Part shown: one piece after another, positions 1-7,997 of the stretch
Numbering within the stretch: position 1 is the first letter of the stretch
Layout: each line of letters opens with the position of its first letter
IMG/VR virus record: IMGVR_UViG_3300027734_000038
Direction: 5' to 3' (one strand)
Origin: a virus
DNA length: 64,000 nucleotides
Notes under the pieces: model-generated
Database searches by the model: none
The model's input: the letters and a program-made list of their open reading frames with translations, nothing else
Told to the model about the DNA's origin: nothing
Program-made: the position numbers and the translations under genes

Positions 1-780
1 ATTGTTCAATTTTCAGTTAATGAAATTGACCCCATTACTTATGAAGAAGCCAAAACATTTATTAATAAATCAACATCAATTGAAGGCGTAAAAGAACAAT
101 TTAATTCCATTAAAAACTTTTTTAGTGGTGATGCACAAAAGACTTTAAATTTCAAACCAAAGAAGAAACGAAAAGTTGCAACCATTTCTCTATATATTCC
201 CGATACCTTAAATTTTCAATATACTTCTGGTTATGGTAATTTAAGTTTAGTAGAAGTAGCAAATGAAGTGGCTGGTGTTGTATCAAATGTACCAGTAGTA
301 GGCACTTTAGGTAAAATAGCCAGTCTTGGACTAACAGTTGCACAATCTAATGCAGCCAAACTTGCACTCTCTACACAAGGCCTTGCAATTAATCCACAAC
401 AACAATTATTATTTGAGGGTATTGATTTTAGAACCTATCAAATGGCATTTACTTTCACACCATATTCACGCCAAGAAGCTGAAACTGTGAAAGAAATTAT
501 CAAACTGTTCCGTTATCATGCTGCACCACAAATCACAACGGCAGCTGCTGGTATGTTTTTTGTACCACCATCAACATTTGATTTGGACTTTTTGTTTAAT
601 GGCCAAAGAAACAATAATGTAACAAGAGTTGCAGAAAGCGTCATTGAAAATATTGATGTGAACTATGCACCTAATGGTTGGGCTGCACACGATGATGGTG
701 CTCCGGTACAAACAACACTAACAATCAATTTTAAAGAAATCGAACTCATCGACAAAGATAAAATTAAGGCAGGATATTAA
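1..780 (+). CDS. gp48: Baseplate tail-tube cap gp48-like, 5' truncated
   Basis: Frame is open from base 1, so the gene extends upstream of the listed GTG. Motifs INPQQQLLFEGIDFRTYQMAFTFTP and IDVNYAPNG. Lies directly before gp53. Confidence 0.8.
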   Translation: MVQFSVNEIDPITYEEAKTFINKSTSIEGVKEQFNSIKNFFSGDAQKTLNFKPKKKRKVATISLYIPDTLNFQYTSGYGNLSLVEVANEVAGVVSNVPVVGTLGKIASLGLTVAQSNAAKLALSTQGLAINPQQQLLFEGIDFRTYQMAFTFTPYSRQEAETVKEIIKLFRYHAAPQITTAAAGMFFVPPSTFDLDFLFNGQRNNNVTRVAESVIENIDVNYAPNGWAAHDDGAPVQTTLTINFKEIELIDKDKIKAGY

Positions 781-1379
781 TGCAATATTTTGATACTTTA
801 CCAAAAATAATTGAAACCGACAATGTTGGAGTTTCAAGGGTATTCACCAATATTATGGCACGAGCCAGTATTATACCTGATGTATTAAAGAATCCTCTTG
901 TTTACTACTCATATGATATACAAGAAGGTGATACACCAGAAATCATTGCATACAAATACTATGGTGATTCTTATCGGTATTGGATTGTTCTATTTGCAAA
1001 TGAACTATTAGACCCACAATGGTCATGGCCAATGGATTCTACAGTATTTGATAACTACATGGCAGAAAAATATCCGTCTGGTAATACAACAACTACAGTT
1101 TACAGTTATGAAAAGAAATTAACTCAAACAGATAATTCTACCAATACAGTAACAATTAACACAATTGATGTAAATCAAACAGAATACAATACCATTGTTG
1201 AAAATACACAAACATATTCTATCGGTAATTCTACTGTGACTGTTGCAACCACAAAAAGAATCATTACTATCTATGATTATGAGTATGAGTTAAACGAATC
1301 AAAAAGAAAGATAAACATATTGAACTCGGTCTATGTTGACCAAATGGAATCACAATTTAAATCATTGATGTCACAATAA
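780..1379 (+). CDS. gp53: Baseplate wedge protein gp53
   Basis: MQYF start; YDIQEGDTPEIIAYKYYGD...YWIVLFAN...DPQWSWP; C-terminal YEYELNESKRKI. Confidence 0.9.
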   Translation: MQYFDTLPKIIETDNVGVSRVFTNIMARASIIPDVLKNPLVYYSYDIQEGDTPEIIAYKYYGDSYRYWIVLFANELLDPQWSWPMDSTVFDNYMAEKYPSGNTTTTVYSYEKKLTQTDNSTNTVTINTIDVNQTEYNTIVENTQTYSIGNSTVTVATTKRIITIYDYEYELNESKRKINILNSVYVDQMESQFKSLMSQ

Positions 1380-1380
1380 T

Positions 1381-2769
1381 ATGGAAAATAATCAACAAGT
1401 TCCAGTAGTTGAATCTCCTGGTGCTTATTACCCTCAAGACTTTTCGATACAGACACTCAATCTGTTGACCGCTAGTGGCCAACGATTTGAGTTAAAGAAA
1501 CTAATGGTTGAACTGTCATATTTTGAGGACATTTACAGTTTTGTTACTTCTGGTTATATTACATTGGTTGATGCACAAGGATTCTTAGAACTCTTTCAGT
1601 TAACCGGTAATGAATATATTGAAATCAACTTTGGTAAAATACGAACAGGTGACAACTCGACCGACCAATTGTTTAGAATCTATAAAACTAGTGATAGAAA
1701 ACCTAGTGGTAACATGAATAGTGAGGTATACACTCTTTACTTCTGTTCTGAAGAATTGTTACTATCGGAACAAACTAAAATCAGTAAATCATATACTGGC
1801 ACAGAAATATCCAAAATCATTGAAAATATTTTGGTTGAAAAATTAAAAGTAAAGAAGAAAAATATACAGGTAATAGAACAGACAATTGGTATGTATGACT
1901 TTGTTCTGCCTCGTTTAAAACCATTTGAAGCTATTAGTTGGTTGTCCACTTATGCAAGGCCAAAGATAACAGGCACAATAGGTGCTGATATGTTATTTTT
2001 TGAAACCAAGAATGGTTTTAATTACAGGTCATTACAGTCCATGTTCAAAGAACCAATTTATAGTACCTATCGATATCAGGCCAAGAACATTGAAGATTCA
2101 ATACAGGACTTTCAAGAAAAGACTATCACAGTATTGGATTATGAATTTGTCAAAACCTATGATGCACTAGAAGATATTAATTCTGGTACATTTGCCAATA
2201 AATTAATTTCAATTGACCCATTGGCAAGAACATATAAAACCATCGAGTTCAATTATAGTGATTATTTTGAAAAGAAAAAAACATCTTCTCTTAATAAAAA
2301 TGATGTATTGGTGCCATTAAAAAATAGATTAGGTAAAACACAAAACGAATCTTATGATTCTCGTATCAAAGTATCAACTTCTAATGCTTCACAGAATCAA
2401 TTACAATATGTTAAAAATATTCCTGGTTCTGTTGCAAAAGATATTGCCGTTGAAAATTATATACCTTTAAGAACAGCACAACTTGGTCTGGCGAATTATA
2501 CTGTAGTTAAGATTACCATACCAGGTGATCCTGGTATTACTGCTGGTCGAACTATTAATTTCAATCTATTGACATTGAAACCTTCAAGCAACAAAAAAGA
2601 GTTGGATAGATACTATTCAGGAACATATTTGGTGAGTGCTGTAAGACATATTATTAGTTCTGGTGGTGCATATCAAACAGTTTTAGAAATTACTAAAGAC
2701 AGTTCACCAACAGCGTATTCACAGATTAATAATAATAGTCCAGAATTTAGGAAAGCGGTAGATGAATAA
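1381..2769 (+). CDS. Baseplate hub protein (gp27-like)
   Basis: Lies between gp53 and gp5. Motifs YFEDIYS...SG, FFETKNGFNYRSL, IPGDPGITAG, SGTYLVSAVRH. Confidence 0.65.
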   Translation: MENNQQVPVVESPGAYYPQDFSIQTLNLLTASGQRFELKKLMVELSYFEDIYSFVTSGYITLVDAQGFLELFQLTGNEYIEINFGKIRTGDNSTDQLFRIYKTSDRKPSGNMNSEVYTLYFCSEELLLSEQTKISKSYTGTEISKIIENILVEKLKVKKKNIQVIEQTIGMYDFVLPRLKPFEAISWLSTYARPKITGTIGADMLFFETKNGFNYRSLQSMFKEPIYSTYRYQAKNIEDSIQDFQEKTITVLDYEFVKTYDALEDINSGTFANKLISIDPLARTYKTIEFNYSDYFEKKKTSSLNKNDVLVPLKNRLGKTQNESYDSRIKVSTSNASQNQLQYVKNIPGSVAKDIAVENYIPLRTAQLGLANYTVVKITIPGDPGITAGRTINFNLLTLKPSSNKKELDRYYSGTYLVSAVRHIISSGGAYQTVLEITKDSSPTAYSQINNNSPEFRKAVDE

Positions 2770-3838
2770 TTTTTTAGGTAAAGACGGATTTAATTGGTGG
2801 TATGGTGTCGTTGAGGACAATGCTGATCCTTTAAAGGCTGGTCGTGTGCGTGTTCGTATATTTGGTTATCATAGTGACAACCTACAAGAACTACCCACTA
2901 AAGATTTACCATGGGCTCAGCCATCATTATCACCTAGTAATTCAAAGACATTTAGTCCACCACGATTAGGTGATTATGTCATGGGATTCTTTTCTGATGG
3001 AGAGTCAGCACAGGCACCAGTCATTATGGGCGTGTTTCCTGGTTTTGAAGCATCTTATGATAAATCAAAAGGTTTCTCACCTCAAAGTAATTTAAAACAA
3101 GCAACACCGCCAGCAGGTCAAATACAATATCAAGTGGGTCAACCAACATTGGCACCGTTGGCACGAGGTGTTGTGGCAAATACAGCCATTTCACAAGCCA
3201 ACGACAATTTAGCTCATGTGTGTGATTTTGTGGGTGATATGCAAAAAAATATTAATCTTAAAAAATACACTAAAGCTATAGCTCAACAAATTAGAAAAGC
3301 CATTCGTGCCGTTTTAAGAGCATTAGGTCTAGGAGATGCTACAGGACAAACTTCTTGGTTATTAAATACACTCAAATCAATTAAACGAGAAGTTGATTAT
3401 ATTAATAAACAAATTTTACAACCTATTTTGGATTTTCAGAAGTATGTTGTGGCTTATATTGCAAAATTGAGAGAAATTTTACAATGGATTTTAAGTTTGC
3501 CTGCTAAATTTTTAGCATTGTTACAAGATTGTTTGGCAAGAATAATTAAAGCTATTGGAAATGTTTTTAAAGATATTGGTGCTGGTCTTTCAGATGGTTT
3601 ACAAAGTTCTGGTGACTTTGATGCAATACTTAAAGAGGCTAAATCTTTGGCAACTACTGTCGGAGATACAGTAAAATTAACTGCGGCTGTAGGAGCTGGC
3701 ACAGTTGCAATAGTGGGTTCAGCAACAGCAGGACTTTTAGTACCAACCAGTCAAGCAGAATTGGATGCGGCTAATGCGACCATTGCAGCATATGAAGCTC
3801 CAGCACAACCAAAAATTATACAAGATTCGGCACCTTAA
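2762..3838 (+). CDS. gp5: gp5 N-terminal (OB-fold) protein with a helical C-terminal region
   Basis: WWYGVVEDNADPLKAGRVRVRIFGYH...LPWA...GFFSDGESAQAPVIMG is the gp5 OB-fold signature. No lysozyme motif seen. Confidence 0.85.
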   Translation: MNNFLGKDGFNWWYGVVEDNADPLKAGRVRVRIFGYHSDNLQELPTKDLPWAQPSLSPSNSKTFSPPRLGDYVMGFFSDGESAQAPVIMGVFPGFEASYDKSKGFSPQSNLKQATPPAGQIQYQVGQPTLAPLARGVVANTAISQANDNLAHVCDFVGDMQKNINLKKYTKAIAQQIRKAIRAVLRALGLGDATGQTSWLLNTLKSIKREVDYINKQILQPILDFQKYVVAYIAKLREILQWILSLPAKFLALLQDCLARIIKAIGNVFKDIGAGLSDGLQSSGDFDAILKEAKSLATTVGDTVKLTAAVGAGTVAIVGSATAGLLVPTSQAELDAANATIAAYEAPAQPKIIQDSAP

Positions 3839-3840
3839 TT

Positions 3841-4614
3841 ATGGCAACTATACCACAATCACCATCTGACAATCTTTGGACCGAGCCAGAATCGGCCGCA
3901 ACAGTTGAAAACCCACCAATTTATCCATATAATACTATACAACAAACGGAGTCTGGTCATTCCTTTGAGATGGATGACACTCCAACGAGAGAACGAGTAA
4001 GATTACAACACCGTTCAGGTACTTTTTTAGAAATGCATCCTAATGGTGATGAAGTGCATAAGGTGTATGGTACTGGTTACGAAATACATCTAAAAGGCAA
4101 AAATGTTCTGATTAAAGGTACTTGTAATATTACTGTTGAAGGTCATGCCAATATGGATGTTAAAGGTGATTATAATTTACAGGTGGCAGGTGATTACAAT
4201 GTATTAGTGGGTGGTAAAACCAATCATCGGTCTGTGCGTGATATATCTTTATCGTGTGATGATGACATATCGATTGCGGCCAATGAAAACTTTGGAGGTT
4301 CAGTTCGTATAGCGGCATCTGACCATGTTCTTGTTGATTCTGATTTGGTGGTAGCTGGCTCTGTTGCAGCCGATTTAGTTACGGCTGAAAGTCGTATCAA
4401 TGCTGGTACTGGTGTATATGCAGGTCCTTTAGGAGTTTATTCTTTAGGTCCTATTACATCATTAACTTTGGTGACATCACCTCTTGCACAATTTGGTATT
4501 ATGAATGCCGTATTAATGTCTGATATTATTAATAAAGGTATTTACAATACACATATACACAATTCACCAAAAGGACCGACCAGTCCACCTTTGACACCTT
4601 TTTTTGGAGTTTAG
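3841..4614 (+). CDS. gp5: gp5 C-terminal spike (beta-helix) protein
   Basis: YPYN..QTESGHSFEMDDTP..ER.RLQHRSGTFLEMHPNG, followed by VxG repeats. Ends with HIH...GPTSPP. Confidence 0.85.
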   Translation: MATIPQSPSDNLWTEPESAATVENPPIYPYNTIQQTESGHSFEMDDTPTRERVRLQHRSGTFLEMHPNGDEVHKVYGTGYEIHLKGKNVLIKGTCNITVEGHANMDVKGDYNLQVAGDYNVLVGGKTNHRSVRDISLSCDDDISIAANENFGGSVRIAASDHVLVDSDLVVAGSVAADLVTAESRINAGTGVYAGPLGVYSLGPITSLTLVTSPLAQFGIMNAVLMSDIINKGIYNTHIHNSPKGPTSPPLTPFFGV

Positions 4615-4617
4615 ATA

Positions 4618-5424
4618 ATGGCATCAGTTAATAATGCAACAGGAGTATTTGCAACACTAGGTTATAATTTTAGTGACCCAAATAGTGATGTAATAAATCT
4701 CTCTGCAAACACCGTGGCTCATCTTAATTCGATGCCGGCGTTTATTGAAACATGGCAGGCTCAAGACATAGCTAACAACACAGTTGGTGGTTATTATCAA
4801 AATCCTGTGAATTCCAATACCAGTTCAATCATTACAATTTCACAAACCATGATAATTGTGGCAAATACTGGTGCCAGTCAAAACATTGCAAATTGTAATT
4901 TAATTATTACAGCTGCAAATGGTTTGTATAATAACACGAGTTCTTTTTTAGCTCACACCAATAGAATATCAGGAGTTACACCATTTGTAGGACAAGATGT
5001 TGTGAATCCATATTATGATACGGCTATGGGATTAGGTAAAACTGCCTTGTATATTACCAATCAAACTGACAATATAACCAATACTTCACCCATTTTAGGT
5101 AGTTTCACTAGTATATTGATTGGACCACAAATAGGTTCAGCAAATGTTACTTTATCCAACAATCTTGTAACTTTGACGAATGGTGTAACGGCCAACAATT
5201 TAACAGAGGCACAGATATCACAGATTCTATCTGATATATCAAATACTAACACACTTTTGGTAACCAGACAAAATGCTGATGTAACCTATTATACTAATTT
5301 GCGTAGTTTTGTAGACAACTACAATTCCGTCAAAAAATTCAGTAATATGGGTGAAACGGAGACCTATTTGGTCAACAATTTTGTTGGTACTGACAAAATA
5401 AAAGAAAGAATAAATCCTCAATAA
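4618..5424 (+). CDS. Hypothetical Asn/Thr-rich virion protein
   Basis: 268-aa ORF tightly packed between the gp5 spike and gp25. No family recognised. Confidence 0.6.
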   Translation: MASVNNATGVFATLGYNFSDPNSDVINLSANTVAHLNSMPAFIETWQAQDIANNTVGGYYQNPVNSNTSSIITISQTMIIVANTGASQNIANCNLIITAANGLYNNTSSFLAHTNRISGVTPFVGQDVVNPYYDTAMGLGKTALYITNQTDNITNTSPILGSFTSILIGPQIGSANVTLSNNLVTLTNGVTANNLTEAQISQILSDISNTNTLLVTRQNADVTYYTNLRSFVDNYNSVKKFSNMGETETYLVNNFVGTDKIKERINPQ

Positions 5425-5427
5425 AGC

Positions 5428-5503
5428 AAAATTTGATTTTTTGTGTTCCGGCCTCGAATTTTTTTGTCGTCAATTCAAATACTAAAAAAAGCAATTTTAC
5501 TCC
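5428..5503. repeat. Intergenic element, copy 1 of 2
   Basis: Aligns nearly gap-free with 22713-22787. Shared blocks: GTTCCGGCCTC, ATTCAAA, AAAAAGC, ATTTTACTCC. Confidence 0.85.
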
Positions 5504-5512
5504 TAGAGCAGA

Positions 5513-5519
5513 ATAAATA
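5513..5519 (+). promoter_or_regulatory. T4-type late promoter candidate (ATAAATA)
   Basis: Matches the TATAAATA core. Intergenic, before gp25. Confidence 0.5.
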
Positions 5520-5524
5520 AGAAG

Positions 5525-5920
5525 ATGGCACTAACAATAACAAAAATATACTCCGATATCGATTTCACTTTTACCAAGAAACCGGTAACGGCCGATGTAG
5601 CCCTTAGTTACGATGACCAAGCGGTCATTCGTTCTATCCGTAACCTATTGTTGACGAATCACTTTGAAAGACCTTTTAATCCAGATTTAGGTTCAAATCT
5701 TAATGCCTTACTGTTTGAAATGGTATCACCTCTAACGGCCGCATCGTTGGAAAGAGAAATCAATACGATGATTGACAATTATGAACCAAGAGCCAGAGTA
5801 AATCAAGTGATTGTGACTCCTCTTCCAGACAATAATGCTTATAATGTCTATCTCAGTTTCTATATTGAGAATGCCACATTACCGACAACAGTAACCCTAC
5901 TTTTAGAGAGAAATAGATAA
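5525..5920 (+). CDS. gp25: Baseplate wedge protein gp25
   Basis: YSDIDFTF...SIRNLLLT...ERPFNPDLGS...YEPR. Confidence 0.93.
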   Translation: MALTITKIYSDIDFTFTKKPVTADVALSYDDQAVIRSIRNLLLTNHFERPFNPDLGSNLNALLFEMVSPLTAASLEREINTMIDNYEPRARVNQVIVTPLPDNNAYNVYLSFYIENATLPTTVTLLLERNR

Positions 5921-5921
5921 A

Positions 5922-7997
5922 ATGGCAGGTGCTAATTCCAACATCCAAATGACCGATTTGGATTTCAATACAATTAAGAATAATCTAAAGACATACTTAC
6001 AATCGCAAGATGTATTAAAAGATTATAACTATGAAGGTTCTGCACTTTCTACTTTATTAGATATTCTTGCTTATAATACACAATATAGTGCATATTATTT
6101 GAATCAAGTGGGTAATGAGATGTTTTTGGACACAGCCATCCAAAGAGGATCAGTCATTTCTCATGCCAAACTATTAAACTATACACCACGGTCAGCCATT
6201 GCACCTACAGCCATAATTGATTTACAAGTAAACCAGGTAACTGGATCTTCATTGACATTACCAAAGTTTACTCAGTTTATGTCAGAAGCCATTGAAGGTG
6301 TAAATTATAACTTTGTTACTGCTGATTCATACACAGAAAATACTTCTGGTGGTGTGGTCAATTTTAATAATATTACTTTGAAACAAGGTTTGGCAACAAC
6401 ATTAAACTTTACTGTTGATTCTATCAATAACCCATCGTATACATTTGAAATACCTGATGAGAGTGTAGATACATCAACAATTACTGTTACAGTTCAACAA
6501 TCATCTTCAAATGCTGCCTCTGAAGTATATATTTTGGCCACTAATTTCTTGGCACTCACAGGCGATTCTAAAGTATACTTTTTACAAGAGAGTTTAACAA
6601 ACACCTATCAAATCTATTTTGGTGATGGTATTATTGGTAATAAATTAGTTGATGGTAATATTGTAGTCGTATCGTATGTAGTAACATCAGGCACTTCTGC
6701 GGCTGATGCCAATAATTTTGTATTGATGGATTCAATTTCAGGTTATTCAAATACATCTGTTTTCCCTGTAACAGCAGCAACAGCAGGTAACGATAGAGAA
6801 ACAATTGAATCTATTAAATTTCAGGCACCTAAATCTTATGCAGCACAAAACCGTGCCGTCACTAAAAACGATTATATTACCGCCATTCAACAGAATAGTT
6901 TAGGTATCTCATTTGATGCGGTAAGTGTATGGGGTGGTGAAGAAAATTCTCCTCCTGTATATGGTCAAGTGTTTATTTCTTTAAAGCCAACAGGTGCTTT
7001 TAGTTTAACTCAATCACAGAAACAACAAATTACATCACAAGTTTTAATTCCTATTTCTGTAGTAACAGTTACACCTACAATTGTTGATCCTGATTATACA
7101 TACATTCTTTTAACAGTTAATGTAATATATGATCCAAACAAAACAAATCAAACATCAACACAATTACAGTCAGGTATTAAATCAGCAATACAAGCATTTA
7201 CAAATAATACATTAAATACTTTTAATTCTACATTCAATACTTACGATTTACTGAATACAATTCAAACATACAGTACCTCTGTAATTACTAGTGAATACTC
7301 CATGAAACTGGAGAAAAAGTTTTTACCTAATTTAACTACACCAACAACATATAATCTTTATTATAATACTCCACTTCAAGCAGGTCGTTTCTTGAGTGGT
7401 GTGGGTAGTTCACCTGGAATGAGTTTTAGAGATCCATCCAATTTGGCCAACACCATTGACGGTGTTTACATTGAAGAAGTACCAACATCAACCAATGGAG
7501 TTGAATCGATTTCGATTTTAAATCCTGGTTTTTCTTATCAAAGCGCACCAACAGTTACTATCATGGGTGATGGTACAGGTGCAACAGCAACAGCTGAAAT
7601 ATCTGGTGGTTCTATACAAAGTGTTAAAATTACCAATGCAGGCAATGGATATACCAGTGCAATTGCAATGGTGACACCGGCTGCCGGTGATACAACAGGT
7701 CAATTAGCATCTCTTGTTGTTAATTTGCAAGGCCGTTATGGCACACTTAGAACATATTATTTTGATAGTTCTGGTGTTAAAACTATTTTCAATTCAAATA
7801 TTGGTACAATTGATTATCAAGAAGGTATCATTACATTAAACTCATTTAATCCCCTTACAATCGATAATGATTTTGGTCAACTATCTGTAATGGCCACACC
7901 AACTACAACAATTGTTTCTTCTTCATACAATCGAATTATTACTGTTGATCCTTTTGATCCAACAGCAATAACCGTTAACGTTACCGCCAAATCATGA
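5922..7997 (+). CDS. gp6: Baseplate wedge protein gp6
   Basis: LDFNTIKNNLK...DYNYEGS.LS.LLDILAYNT; YFGDGIIG; QNRAVT..DY; WGGEEN.PP.YG.VFIS. Confidence 0.93.
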   Translation: MAGANSNIQMTDLDFNTIKNNLKTYLQSQDVLKDYNYEGSALSTLLDILAYNTQYSAYYLNQVGNEMFLDTAIQRGSVISHAKLLNYTPRSAIAPTAIIDLQVNQVTGSSLTLPKFTQFMSEAIEGVNYNFVTADSYTENTSGGVVNFNNITLKQGLATTLNFTVDSINNPSYTFEIPDESVDTSTITVTVQQSSSNAASEVYILATNFLALTGDSKVYFLQESLTNTYQIYFGDGIIGNKLVDGNIVVVSYVVTSGTSAADANNFVLMDSISGYSNTSVFPVTAATAGNDRETIESIKFQAPKSYAAQNRAVTKNDYITAIQQNSLGISFDAVSVWGGEENSPPVYGQVFISLKPTGAFSLTQSQKQQITSQVLIPISVVTVTPTIVDPDYTYILLTVNVIYDPNKTNQTSTQLQSGIKSAIQAFTNNTLNTFNSTFNTYDLLNTIQTYSTSVITSEYSMKLEKKFLPNLTTPTTYNLYYNTPLQAGRFLSGVGSSPGMSFRDPSNLANTIDGVYIEEVPTSTNGVESISILNPGFSYQSAPTVTIMGDGTGATATAEISGGSIQSVKITNAGNGYTSAIAMVTPAAGDTTGQLASLVVNLQGRYGTLRTYYFDSSGVKTIFNSNIGTIDYQEGIITLNSFNPLTIDNDFGQLSVMATPTTTIVSSSYNRIITVDPFDPTAITVNVTAKS

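Noticed and set aside
3839-3840. Frameshift or sequencing error splitting gp5
   Set aside because: A clean stop is followed 2 nt later by an ATG with a plausible N-terminus, and no slippery run is evident. Read-level confirmation would still be needed.
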